Source: a virus
Taxonomy: Duplodnaviria > Heunggongvirae > Uroviricota > Caudoviricetes
IMG/VR virus record: IMGVR_UViG_3300029288_000059
Location: 97,237 to 161,236 of that record
DNA: 64,000 nucleotides
Strand: one strand, 5' to 3'
The notes below the pieces were generated by a model. That model saw nothing but the letters and a program-made list of their open reading frames with translations, had not been told where the DNA came from and did no database searches. Numbering within the stretch: the stretch's first letter is position 1; every line of letters begins with the position of its first letter. A program made the position numbers and the translations under genes. Below are positions 29,239 to 38,843 of the stretch, in pieces.

Positions 29239-29988
29239 TTATAAATATCTATCCCAGTATGCCTCAATTAGACCGTAGCACCCCTCATCACTTACCCCTT
29301 CTGCAACTATGACGGATTTGTTATTTGGCAAAAAAATATAAATACTTATATATTCTGACCCACAAGAATGCGACCTTGTAATCACAAATACGTCACCTTT
29401 AAATTTTATTTTGTATCTTTCGCCTTCCTCTTTTTCAAGATATTCAAAACAATCAAAACAACCTAAATCTACAGTCACCCCTTCTTCCTTACGCCCTTCG
29501 GAGTTTATTATCTCTATAACTTCGTCCATGGTTTCTTTTTTGGTTACAACGAAATCACTACCCAAAAATATTAGGGCTTCTTGGTTCATGTACTCCGCGA
29601 AACCAAGAATATCCTGTGGGGTAATTTTGTAGCCAAAGCCAATAGCTGTTTTTATTTCGTCGACGGTCGATTTATATCTATGTTTATTTTTTTTGAATCG
29701 GTTGCCCATTTCACCAAAAAACATATATTTTATGTCATCCGGTATTTCCCCATTAGTTTTTAATGTGATAAAAATACGTGCATCTTGTATTTCTTTATCG
29801 GTAGCTATGTAAGAACGTTCTTCTACAAACCTAGAAGGTTTTTGGGTTGCAACATAATCAAGAACCGCCATGTCTCCTATAAAACGGTAGATTACTTTAA
29901 AATTATCTATTTCCATAATTTGGCATGGGCGGCTAGTTTTTTTAGAATTTGAAAAAACTCTACCTGTATATATTTTATAATCACACAT
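29239..29988 (-). CDS. Hypothetical early protein
   Basis: Long ORF behind the second copy of the cassette. Confidence 0.65.
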   Translation of the reverse strand: MCDYKIYTGRVFSNSKKTSRPCQIMEIDNFKVIYRFIGDMAVLDYVATQKPSRFVEERSYIATDKEIQDARIFITLKTNGEIPDDIKYMFFGEMGNRFKKNKHRYKSTVDEIKTAIGFGYKITPQDILGFAEYMNQEALIFLGSDFVVTKKETMDEVIEIINSEGRKEEGVTVDLGCFDCFEYLEKEEGERYKIKFKGDVFVITRSHSCGSEYISIYIFLPNNKSVIVAEGVSDEGCYGLIEAYWDRYL

Positions 29989-30123
29989 TTGTAACTACCT
30001 CTATATGTTAATTTATAACTTTAATATAACATAGGCTTAATTAGTTGTCAACTTCAATATTGACATTATGTTAAAATAACGTTATAAATATTTCATAATT
30101 TTAAACAGGAGTGAGTTTGAACA

Positions 30124-30954
30124 ATGTTACCTGTAACAACTGATAGTCTTTCTTTATATATGTACCAAATCAAACAATTTCCATTGTTGACATTGGAAGA
30201 AGAAATGGATTTGGCGAATCGATATATACAATCACAGGATGTAAATGCCGCATATAAATTAGTCACAAGTCATTTACGCTACGCCGCTAGTATAGCATTC
30301 AAATATAGGGGTTATGGTTTGCCGATGATGGATATTATATCCGAAGCTAATATTGGACTAATGAAAGCTCTTAAACGATATGATCCAACAATAGGTAGGT
30401 TTGTAACGTATTCTCGGTTATGGATTAAAGCTCAAATACATGAATTTCTATTAGCTAATGTGTCAATGTTAAAGATATGTAGTAATAAGACTCGTTCAAA
30501 ACTACTAAAGGGATTACATAATTTAACTCGGCAGTTACATTATTGTCAAGATATTGAACAAACATATATTACTGTTGCTAAAGACATAGATGTAACCGTA
30601 GATGAACTTAGAGAGTTCCAACAGAGGTTTTACCCTACTATATCATTAAATTGTCCACAGGATGAAAACTCATCGGCGGCAACATTACAAGATAGAATTG
30701 TCGATGAAACACCATTAGTAGAGGAAGTATTAATCGAAGAACAAGAAACTACTAATGTTAATAAACAACTATATGATGCATTTAGTAAATTGGATGAACG
30801 GAAACAGTATATTGTTAAAAATCGATTCTTAATTGATAAACAAGAATCATTAGAAAGTATAGCACAAAAGTTTAATGTTTCAAGAGAACGTATAAGACAA
30901 TTAGAAACTATTGCTTTAAATGAAATGAAGCGATACATGGAGCAACAAGGATGA
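30124..30954 (+). CDS. rpoH: RpoH (sigma32)-like RNA polymerase sigma factor
   Basis: LTLEEE, LVTSHLR...YRGYGLP..DIISEANIGLMKA..RYDP, WIKAQIHEF, VSRERIRQLE; RpoH box degenerate. Confidence 0.85.
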   Translation: MLPVTTDSLSLYMYQIKQFPLLTLEEEMDLANRYIQSQDVNAAYKLVTSHLRYAASIAFKYRGYGLPMMDIISEANIGLMKALKRYDPTIGRFVTYSRLWIKAQIHEFLLANVSMLKICSNKTRSKLLKGLHNLTRQLHYCQDIEQTYITVAKDIDVTVDELREFQQRFYPTISLNCPQDENSSAATLQDRIVDETPLVEEVLIEEQETTNVNKQLYDAFSKLDERKQYIVKNRFLIDKQESLESIAQKFNVSRERIRQLETIALNEMKRYMEQQG

Positions 30955-31376
30955 ATATCTTAACTCAAATTGAAGAGTATACTCCGGGTAAGTATCTTAA
31001 ATTGAATAACATACCGACGGATAAAAAGTTGTTCTTATCTCAATATAGAGATGAAGTACATCAAACGTTAACTTTAATGAAGTTATATAACCAGTATCTA
31101 ATAGATAACAACTTAGTATCCGCCGAAACAGATAATAGACGATTGAATGCACTTATTGGCGAATTGGATACGGTTTCTAATGTGGTTAATGTTGGTATTC
31201 AAAAATTAGAAGAAGCTAGTTATTCTAAAACCACATTGGAAATTATAAACGTTCTACAACTAAGTATGAATTATTATAAAAGTCTTAATATAAAATTATC
31301 ATCTATATCTCCAAAATTATTGAATATGAATGAACGTTTGATAAACAAGATTAAGTCATTATACTTTAAATATTAA
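30951..31376 (+). CDS. Hypothetical protein
   Basis: ATGA-coupled to the sigma gene. Confidence 0.6.
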   Translation: MNILTQIEEYTPGKYLKLNNIPTDKKLFLSQYRDEVHQTLTLMKLYNQYLIDNNLVSAETDNRRLNALIGELDTVSNVVNVGIQKLEEASYSKTTLEIINVLQLSMNYYKSLNIKLSSISPKLLNMNERLINKIKSLYFKY

Positions 31377-31438
31377 TTGTTGACAGATTCATTGAGTTAT
31401 GTTATATTAAAATTATAAGTAATTTAAGGAGATAACAA

Positions 31439-31636
31439 ATGTCAAAGAAACAACAAATTATACAACTTATTAAGGAATTTAAATCAATCCCTAAAATGGT
31501 TCGGGACGAAACTGACCCGTTTGATTTTATTATGTCTGATAAAGATATAGAAGATTGGAATAAACGTACTATTGATGATGAAGCATTAATGAGGGATACT
31601 GCTAAAGAATACAACATCGATTATGATTCCGTTTAA
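31439..31636 (+). CDS. Hypothetical early protein
   Basis: Early promoter at ~31380; AAGGAG RBS. Confidence 0.6.
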   Translation: MSKKQQIIQLIKEFKSIPKMVRDETDPFDFIMSDKDIEDWNKRTIDDEALMRDTAKEYNIDYDSV

Positions 31637-31661
31637 TAATACTAATTAAAGGATATATACA

Positions 31662-31853
31662 ATGACAAGAGAAGAAAAAGAATTCATCCAATCCACATTA
31701 AGTAGTTTTAAGCAATTATTAATAAAAGTTCATAATTTACCATGTGATGTAAAGGATGGTATGGGTCCTAATGATGACCAACTAACTACTTTATATCATA
31801 ATAGCATTAAAGCTATTAAACTTATTGATGATTCTATGATTTATGATGAATAG
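31662..31853 (+). CDS. Hypothetical protein
   Basis: AAGGA RBS. Confidence 0.55.
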   Translation: MTREEKEFIQSTLSSFKQLLIKVHNLPCDVKDGMGPNDDQLTTLYHNSIKAIKLIDDSMIYDE

Positions 31854-31945
31854 GTTAAATATTTTAAAATAGGTATTGACTCATTTGTTTAATATGTTAT
31901 ACTTAAATTATAAACACATAAAGAAATATATAGAAGGAGTCCCCC

Positions 31946-32224
31946 ATGTCAAATGTATTAATGGTGGTATGTTTTGAGTTACTGTTACTTATTACTCTAT
32001 ATTCGTATCATTCGTACCTCAATATTGCATTGGTGTTATTTAGTAATATTGCGTTGCTAATGGTACTATTATGTGATGTCCAGTTAGTTATTTTGTTAGG
32101 TACTTATTATGGTTTGTTGACTTCGGTCCCATTAACTATCTATTTTCTATTAATGTTTTTAGTACAACAAAAAATAATACATTATGATTATGAATCTGAC
32201 AATCGATGGAATAAGGGGAAGTAA
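31946..32224 (+). CDS. Small membrane protein
   Basis: Hydrophobic; early promoter 31876-31915; AAGGAG RBS. Confidence 0.6.
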   Translation: MSNVLMVVCFELLLLITLYSYHSYLNIALVLFSNIALLMVLLCDVQLVILLGTYYGLLTSVPLTIYFLLMFLVQQKIIHYDYESDNRWNKGK

Positions 32225-32349
32225 TACCATGAAACGTCCATATTATGTATTGACGAATTATAATAGTGCAACTAATAGTTATGACGATGCGGTATACAAA
32301 GTACGAGTTGTACATTATGATAATGATAAAATGTTACATATCGTATGTG

Positions 32350-32470
32350 CCGATGGCTTGTTTAGTGATAATACCTATCTAGATAGATTAAGTGATGGGA
32401 GTTTACAGTCCCCATCTCCAAAAAACTTAAAACAACACAATGTTAATAATGTATTGGTTTAGGTGACTGT
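32350..32470 (+). ncRNA. Orphan copy of the TnpB 3' end / omegaRNA-like scaffold
   Basis: About 6 substitutions and 1 indel versus the reverse complement of 50774-50895. Confidence 0.7.
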
Positions 32471-32779
32471 CCATATCAACATAAACGACTATGTAATGGT
32501 GAGGTCGGACTAATAATGAGTATAGATGTTACTTTTATTATTTCAAAGGATTGTCAACAACGTTGTTGGATTAATGAATGTACTTATTGTGGTAAACGAG
32601 GATTTGGTACTATGGCTGGATTCTTCTTACCAGTATGTGATGAGGGATTATCATATATTCAAAAGTATATTGATTATAAACTTACTAAGTGTGAGTTGTT
32701 AGCGTTCTTTGATACTCACAATATTGGTTATCGTGATATAGAATGTAATATTATTAAGTATGGAGTTCCTAATGTTTAA
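32468..32779 (+). pseudogene. 5'-truncated CxxC-containing paralog of the next gene
   Basis: Frame reads CPYQHKRLCNGEVGLIMSIDVT from the scaffold end and aligns with CQYKHRHDKKFGPGMVRDIDVT of the neighbour; may still be translated from ATG 32516. Confidence 0.55.
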
Positions 32780-33095
32780 TATATTTAAACGTTTAATGTG
32801 CCAATATAAACATCGTCATGATAAGAAGTTTGGTCCTGGAATGGTACGGGACATAGATGTCACATTAATTGATAAGTTCGGACATAAACAATATGGCCAT
32901 ATTTACGAATGTACTTTCTGTGGTAAACGTGAATTTGATATTATGGAATCGTTTGCTCCGTCTTTTGATGATCTTGGGTTATTCTCAATAAATGATTATA
33001 TCGAACATAAAACTACAAAGAAAGAATTATTAGAGAGGCTTGAGTTTAATCATGTTGAATATGATGACTTAACAGATTGGGATACTCATTTTTAA
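32772..33095 (+). CDS. Hypothetical CxxC protein (start MFNIFK)
   Basis: YECTFCGKR; GGAG RBS. Confidence 0.6.
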   Translation: MFNIFKRLMCQYKHRHDKKFGPGMVRDIDVTLIDKFGHKQYGHIYECTFCGKREFDIMESFAPSFDDLGLFSINDYIEHKTTKKELLERLEFNHVEYDDLTDWDTHF

Positions 33096-33110
33096 CATTG
33101 GAGAAGTAAA

Positions 33111-33491
33111 ATGGCATTATATAAGGTTCGCGGCGGAGCATCACAACAATATTGGACTGTTAATGGGGAAGAGTATGGCGGTAATTGCGTTAAGGATGAT
33201 AGGGGAGTTTACTGGTATGATTATCATCGCGATACTTCATACGACAGTCCTAATGTTAATAATGAACATGACATTACTCCTATATCAACGAAACAACAAT
33301 GGACTAACCATATCATCAATCTAGTATTAATTGTTTGGTTGGCTACTTTAACAACTCAAATTGTGATATGTTTTAATGATTGGAATATTAAAGCATTTAT
33401 GTTATTTACCCTGTCAAAAGTCGTTGACATTGGAATGGGCTATTTTCTAATAACAAAGATTAATAGGTTCATTAATAAGGGTTACGATTAG
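33111..33491 (+). CDS. Hypothetical membrane protein
   Basis: Two C-terminal hydrophobic segments; GGAG RBS. Confidence 0.55.
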   Translation: MALYKVRGGASQQYWTVNGEEYGGNCVKDDRGVYWYDYHRDTSYDSPNVNNEHDITPISTKQQWTNHIINLVLIVWLATLTTQIVICFNDWNIKAFMLFTLSKVVDIGMGYFLITKINRFINKGYD

Positions 33492-33505
33492 TGGGGAATT
33501 TATAA

Positions 33506-33811
33506 ATGAGAAGACCTCTTAACCCATATCAAACCAGGTACTACTTTACTGAATACCAAAGTAGTGATGTGAATATCATCACGCGCAATCATGTAACCTT
33601 GGGTGGTATATTACCACGTTTCAAGTATGTCAGTGGCGATTTTGATTGTAGTTATTGCCAATTAACAAGTTTAGAAGGTTGTCCTATATATGTGGGTGGA
33701 TGGTTTCGTTGTAGTGGTAACAAATTAACAAGTTTAAAATATCGTCCAATTTATACAGGTGACCTTTTTATTTGCGACAAAGAAACGTTACTATTGGCGA
33801 CAACTTTATAA
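33506..33811 (+). CDS. Small LRR-repeat protein related to the C-terminus of 10617..11852
   Basis: GDFDCSYCQLTSLEGCP, GGWFRCSGNKLTSLK. Confidence 0.65.
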   Translation: MRRPLNPYQTRYYFTEYQSSDVNIITRNHVTLGGILPRFKYVSGDFDCSYCQLTSLEGCPIYVGGWFRCSGNKLTSLKYRPIYTGDLFICDKETLLLATTL

Positions 33812-33858
33812 CTTAATAGAGTCATTGTATCTTATAGTGACAAAGACTAAAACATATT

Positions 33859-33888
33859 AAAAAAGGGTAGTTTAAAACTACCCTTTTT
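33859..33888. terminator. Bidirectional intrinsic terminator
   Basis: AAAAAGGGTAGTTT/AAACTACCCTTTTT between convergent genes. Confidence 0.75.
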
Positions 33889-33891
33889 ATT

Positions 33892-34989
33892 TTAGTCCCC
33901 TTTAATAATAGTTAGTAATTGTTTATCGTAAGCTCTACCCCAATTACTAATGTATGCTTTGAAACGTTTAAATAAGTTTTTGATGTTTTGTAATATTTCA
34001 GGTATTAGTGTTTCATTAATGGATTCACCCATATCTTCTTTATTCTTACCTGGGATTTTACCACCCTTAACTTTATCTTTATATTTTGCAAATTCTAAAT
34101 CATAATTAGCACGAGTATCAACATGGAATCCAGCTTTTTTAACTTCTGAATACATCTTAATAATTTCTTCTAATTTTTGTTTGAGTTGTGGGGTTAGTTC
34201 TTCATTAATGCTATTAACAATACCTTCATTATTATAGGTATATGTGGTATGTTCATCTTTAATAGCGTCTAGTTTTAATTTAAGTTCTGGAGGTAGTATA
34301 GTTTCGAGTTTGGCTAAAACAGAAGCGGCATCAATATACTTAGATGCGTTTTTTGATTCGAAGTCTTGTATCTTATCGGATAAAGTTTTTGGTAAAATCG
34401 TCTTTAAGTCTTTCAAAACTTTATCCCAACTGATTTTAGGTTTAGAATCTTTATTACTACGTAAGATATAAGTACAAGTTCTAACTATACGAGTATATAT
34501 TGAATCTTCCGCGTCAAATAAATCGGCAATGATGTTACCAAGTTCAACATTCATTGTTTCTTTAATCTTAACTAACCTGTCAATGGTTTCACCTAACTCG
34601 TAATAGTCTTTAGCCATTCTAGTAAATGACGCACTTCTTGACCCTTCTAATACAGCAATAACTTTAGTAATTTTACCACTAGCATCATTAATTAGATTAT
34701 AGTTTTCATCTGTTTCAAGATAAGTAGTTAATGGGTCGTTTTCTTTTCTATCTTCGGTTAAGTTTGAAGCAAAATCACGTTTAATGAGTTCTACTATATC
34801 CTTAGGGACAATAATATCACGACGTAAATTATCCAATACTACTTTATATGACTTATCATCAACTTCTGCTTTATTCTCATACCCTTGTGATTTTAACCAT
34901 GCAGCAACTTGAAAAAAGTCTTTAGGACAATTTAGAACTACATCGTCCCCTATTTGTTTACCTATGTGTGGCATCTCATTAAACTCCAA
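33892..34989 (-). CDS. Hypothetical helical protein, possibly head-associated
   Basis: Long ORF with internal repeats (L..ILP..L..K) and SINE/LTE motifs. Confidence 0.65.
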   Translation of the reverse strand: MEFNEMPHIGKQIGDDVVLNCPKDFFQVAAWLKSQGYENKAEVDDKSYKVVLDNLRRDIIVPKDIVELIKRDFASNLTEDRKENDPLTTYLETDENYNLINDASGKITKVIAVLEGSRSASFTRMAKDYYELGETIDRLVKIKETMNVELGNIIADLFDAEDSIYTRIVRTCTYILRSNKDSKPKISWDKVLKDLKTILPKTLSDKIQDFESKNASKYIDAASVLAKLETILPPELKLKLDAIKDEHTTYTYNNEGIVNSINEELTPQLKQKLEEIIKMYSEVKKAGFHVDTRANYDLEFAKYKDKVKGGKIPGKNKEDMGESINETLIPEILQNIKNLFKRFKAYISNWGRAYDKQLLTIIKGD

Positions 34990-35004
34990 TAAGTTAATTA
35001 TTAA

Positions 35005-35478
35005 CTATTTATTATTTTGGCGACGTTGGTTGATAAGTTCAGCATTTTTACGAGCTTGTTCTCTAACCTTTTTCCATGTTTCTTCCGACCAATACTTAGT
35101 GCCTTTACCACAACCGTTATCAATTTCACCGTTTCTATATTTTTCTTTGAATGCTAATATGTTTTTACGTTTATCAATAGACTCACTATTAATATGTTCC
35201 CATCCACCTTTACCACCTTCATGTAAATTATAAGTATCCTTACGTTTACAGAATTCTTTAGTTACAAGGTATTGTTCTAAATCAGATGCATCTTGTTCAT
35301 TATCAAACGTGGCTAATATATCTTTTTTAAAGTTGTCTAAACCATACTTTTTTATGGCTAGTATTATTACTTTACCACTTCCCATATATGAGTCTTCTGT
35401 TGGATTATCATGTTTGCGTTTACCAATGTAAATCTTGTTATTTATTTTATTAGTAATCAAATAAACATAATGCATCAA
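35005..35478 (-). CDS. GIY-YIG (Seg-like) homing endonuclease
   Basis: YVYLITNKINNKIYIGK, YMGSG, KYG..NF, YNL..GG.GG. Confidence 0.85.
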   Translation of the reverse strand: MMHYVYLITNKINNKIYIGKRKHDNPTEDSYMGSGKVIILAIKKYGLDNFKKDILATFDNEQDASDLEQYLVTKEFCKRKDTYNLHEGGKGGWEHINSESIDKRKNILAFKEKYRNGEIDNGCGKGTKYWSEETWKKVREQARKNAELINQRRQNNK

Positions 35479-35580
35479 TTCACGTCCTACTAACGTTACA
35501 ATTATGTTATTTATAATTTGGAAAATTTGATTTTCTCTTGTATAATATCTTTTATATTGTTATAATAAATTTATAACTTA

Positions 35581-35988
35581 ATGAAAGGTTCTAACATGAT
35601 ATGTATTAAGGTCTTGCCGGATTTAGATACAGGGTTCGTATCAGTAACTTATTATTGTCCTAATGAAGAAGTTGGTGTAGCAAAATTAAAGAATGGTGAT
35701 AAGGAAATGGTATTTCCTGCGAAGTGTGGGGTAACATTAAGAATGAATATTGGTGATATCATCCCCAATTATAAGGAATTATCATTATCGGAATTAGATG
35801 CAGAATTTAGTGAGTTAATCAATAGTGATATGAATGTTCAAACTTTGATTGATATTGATCCGGATGGGTTATATAAAGTATATGAACGCGGTAATAAACA
35901 ACCATTTATGGATACGATTGATATATGTTTAATGGTTGGAGCTATGTTATGTGTTGCTATTAAGGCGTATTTTTATTATATAGGATAG
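35581..35988 (+). CDS. Hypothetical protein with C-terminal TM helix
   Basis: Open frame, hydrophobic C-terminus. Confidence 0.55.
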   Translation: MKGSNMICIKVLPDLDTGFVSVTYYCPNEEVGVAKLKNGDKEMVFPAKCGVTLRMNIGDIIPNYKELSLSELDAEFSELINSDMNVQTLIDIDPDGLYKVYERGNKQPFMDTIDICLMVGAMLCVAIKAYFYYIG

Positions 35989-35993
35989 TATAG

Positions 35994-36365
35994 ATGGTAT
36001 ATGTAATATTATCATTTGGAATAATTATGCTATTCGCATTTCTAACGCTATTTGTAATTTGTGATATCGATGATAGACGTTGTGAAAAGGAGATACTTGC
36101 CACTATAAGAAGAATTATTATTGATAGTAATAGCATGAATACATGGGTGATTACCGCTAATATACAGTCTAAGATACATCAAGCTAAAAAAGAGGGCATG
36201 TTATTTATTAAATTTGATTTTTTTGAGGATTGCCTTTTGTACGAACCCATGCAATTAGGGTATGATATTCCTATTATAATGTCTAAAGTAATTACCAATC
36301 TAACTGATAATGGGTATGATGTCCATAATATCGACTATTGTACTATTAGAGTTTCATGGAGTTAA
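35994..36365 (+). CDS. Paralog family member 1 (LxxxGY.V...IsW domain, N-terminal TM)
   Basis: LTDNGYDV...IRVSWS. Confidence 0.65.
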   Translation: MVYVILSFGIIMLFAFLTLFVICDIDDRRCEKEILATIRRIIIDSNSMNTWVITANIQSKIHQAKKEGMLFIKFDFFEDCLLYEPMQLGYDIPIIMSKVITNLTDNGYDVHNIDYCTIRVSWS

Positions 36366-37185
36366 GACAATGTTTAACATATTTAATGGTATGAAAAAAT
36401 ATATGCAGAACAGCAATTTAATTACTAGTTATGAACTTGTGACACCAATTAAGGAATTACCAACAGCACAAGAGTTGAAGACTGTTAAACAAGATACGCC
36501 ATATAATAACATATTACCAACAGTACAAGATTTGAAGTTGAAACACGTTAAACTAGTAAATATCCCACATAATAAAGAATTAGCCGAATTAAGATTGACT
36601 AGTTATGAACAAAGAATATTTGATAAAGAATTAAAATATGGTTTTAAAAACCTCAAACGTACTATTGGTGGGGCTGTTACTATTGGACGTACTTATGTTA
36701 ATACGACGGTGTATACATCAAAAGAAAATTCTTACGGTTGTGCATCACTTCCTAATTTTAAACAACGTGAAATTTTAATTAGTAGATTAAAAGAACACGG
36801 TTATGATGTGGAATACCGTAAACCTTATAACTCATATCAACTTCATCCCGTTGAGTTTCAAATTAGTTGGGATGACCCGAATATTGAGGCAACAACGACC
36901 AATACAACAATGATTACCGCGTATGATGCGAAACAGTTATCTGAAATAAATAGGACACAACTTAAAATAACAAATCTACCATTAATATTAGATAATATTG
37001 CATATAACGTAGTAAAAGCCAATGATATGGGTAGAGAACAAATAAAATACATTATTCCATCATGCTTAATATTCGACCTACATTTTCAACTCTTACAACT
37101 CAAAAGTGAATTAATTAATAAAGGATATACTGTATTATTATATGATACTGATTATACTTGTCATATGATAATATTATGGATATAA
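36310..37185 (+). CDS. Paralog family member 2 (two domain copies; likely start MFNIFN)
   Basis: LKEHGYDV...FQISWD and LINKGYTV...IILWI. Confidence 0.65.
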   Translation: MGMMSIISTIVLLEFHGVKTMFNIFNGMKKYMQNSNLITSYELVTPIKELPTAQELKTVKQDTPYNNILPTVQDLKLKHVKLVNIPHNKELAELRLTSYEQRIFDKELKYGFKNLKRTIGGAVTIGRTYVNTTVYTSKENSYGCASLPNFKQREILISRLKEHGYDVEYRKPYNSYQLHPVEFQISWDDPNIEATTTNTTMITAYDAKQLSEINRTQLKITNLPLILDNIAYNVVKANDMGREQIKYIIPSCLIFDLHFQLLQLKSELINKGYTVLLYDTDYTCHMIILWI

Positions 37186-37234
37186 AACAACCGTATATTC
37201 CATGTCTACCGTTTAACATTCAAAGGAGAACGAG

Positions 37235-37615
37235 ATGTTATCACTAATTAGTATTATACTTGGATTCACAATAGGTCTAACAACATTCACCATGTTTGTT
37301 CCTGATTGGGTTGAACGATATAAGGATAGAAAAATACCTAAAATACCAATGTCGGCAACCGATACTAAATTATTACAGGAAGAAAGTTTAAAACAGAAAG
37401 TACGGTTATTACTACCTGTTGTATTAAAAGATATTTCACGTGAAATTAATAGTGAGGCTAAAAAGTGCCATAATACAGCATATTTTACGTTTGTTTATGA
37501 ATGTAATATACCTGAATTAATTCATACAGTAATGGAACAATTAGTAGGTATGGGATATGCTGTCAGTGAAGATGAGGAAGATGATGAAACATATATCACC
37601 ATACGTTGGGATTAG
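37235..37615 (+). CDS. Paralog family member 3 (N-terminal TM)
   Basis: LVGMGYAV...ITIRWD. Confidence 0.65.
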   Translation: MLSLISIILGFTIGLTTFTMFVPDWVERYKDRKIPKIPMSATDTKLLQEESLKQKVRLLLPVVLKDISREINSEAKKCHNTAYFTFVYECNIPELIHTVMEQLVGMGYAVSEDEEDDETYITIRWD

Positions 37616-37677
37616 GACGATTTGACTATTGACATAATTTATGATATAGTTTAAACATAACGAAAAGGAGAACTAAA

Positions 37678-38157
37678 ATGATAGATACGATATGTATGTT
37701 TGTTCTTGTTATTGGTGGTGCGTTACTATTGGGTATACCGTTGGGATTTGTAAAAGTAACTAAGGATGGTAAGATGTTTGAAATTATTAAAATTGACAAA
37801 CCAGAACTTACCCCTACAATTAAGAAGATATCAGTTGTACCTATTAATGGCGATATGATAACGGCTGATGATGCATTTAAATATACTAATGAAGCAAAAG
37901 AAATGCAGGAAAAGAGTGATGACCTTGTATATCCATTAGTTGCGGAATATGTTCAATCGGTTATCGTTAAATCATCAAATAAGGGTGAAACATATACATA
38001 TATTTCCATATATGAAAAGATTCGCGATTCATCGAATAACCCGATAAAGATATATACCTACTTTATAATAATCGAACGTTTACTCAATGAGTTGAAAGAA
38101 GCCGGATACGATGCCAAGAGTACAGATTTCGCATCAATAAAAGTAAGTTGGGAATAA
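37678..38157 (+). CDS. Paralog family member 4 (N-terminal TM)
   Basis: LKEAGYDA...IKVSWE. Confidence 0.65.
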   Translation: MIDTICMFVLVIGGALLLGIPLGFVKVTKDGKMFEIIKIDKPELTPTIKKISVVPINGDMITADDAFKYTNEAKEMQEKSDDLVYPLVAEYVQSVIVKSSNKGETYTYISIYEKIRDSSNNPIKIYTYFIIIERLLNELKEAGYDAKSTDFASIKVSWE

Positions 38158-38161
38158 TAGG

Positions 38162-38842
38162 GTGATGAGAATGTCAACATTTATTAATGTTAAAGATATT
38201 AAACAACAGAGCAAGAATAACGTTAGTGATAATATAACTAAGTATGTCCCATTGTATATGAGTGATATCATGGAACGTATTAAAAAGAGTGTTAATGATG
38301 GTTGTCACTCCTTGTACTACAACTTTACATCTACGGTGCCAGGTAAAACAACAGAGTATATTTATGGAGAAATACAGGAAAAGGTAATAGCACGTATTGC
38401 GTCTAACTTGTGTGAATTAGGATATGACGTTGATACATTATTGCCTTGTCACATAAGTATAGGATGGCGATATAGGAATAGTGATGGTAAATTTAATACT
38501 ATGCAAGACTTTAACTCCGTCAAATATCTAACTGATACATTGAGTGATATTTTCAGTTTGGATTTCAAATCAGATGGAGGAAAACATATACTTATTTATT
38601 ACCCTGAATGTATTACCGACAACAATGGTGAACATCATGAGTTCAGCCAACTTTCTATTAAATTACGTCACCATATCGTTAGTTTAATGAGGGACCGTCT
38701 ACCATCAGAGTACGATTTGATTGGTAATGAGGAATATACTTCACTAAAAATAACATATACTCCAATTACTACCCAACCACTCACTAATACCAAAGAAGAC
38801 GTTTACTATGTCGATTCAAAACTAGAACAGGAAGGTAACTAA
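38162..38842 (+). CDS. Paralog family member 5
   Basis: LCELGYDV...ISIGWR. Confidence 0.65.
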   Translation: MMRMSTFINVKDIKQQSKNNVSDNITKYVPLYMSDIMERIKKSVNDGCHSLYYNFTSTVPGKTTEYIYGEIQEKVIARIASNLCELGYDVDTLLPCHISIGWRYRNSDGKFNTMQDFNSVKYLTDTLSDIFSLDFKSDGGKHILIYYPECITDNNGEHHEFSQLSIKLRHHIVSLMRDRLPSEYDLIGNEEYTSLKITYTPITTQPLTNTKEDVYYVDSKLEQEGN

Positions 38843-38843
38843 A

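Noticed and set aside
32184-32462. A genuine protein homologous to the TnpB C-terminus
   Set aside because: The similarity is explained by the inserted DNA copy of the tnpB 3' end; the ORF is chimeric
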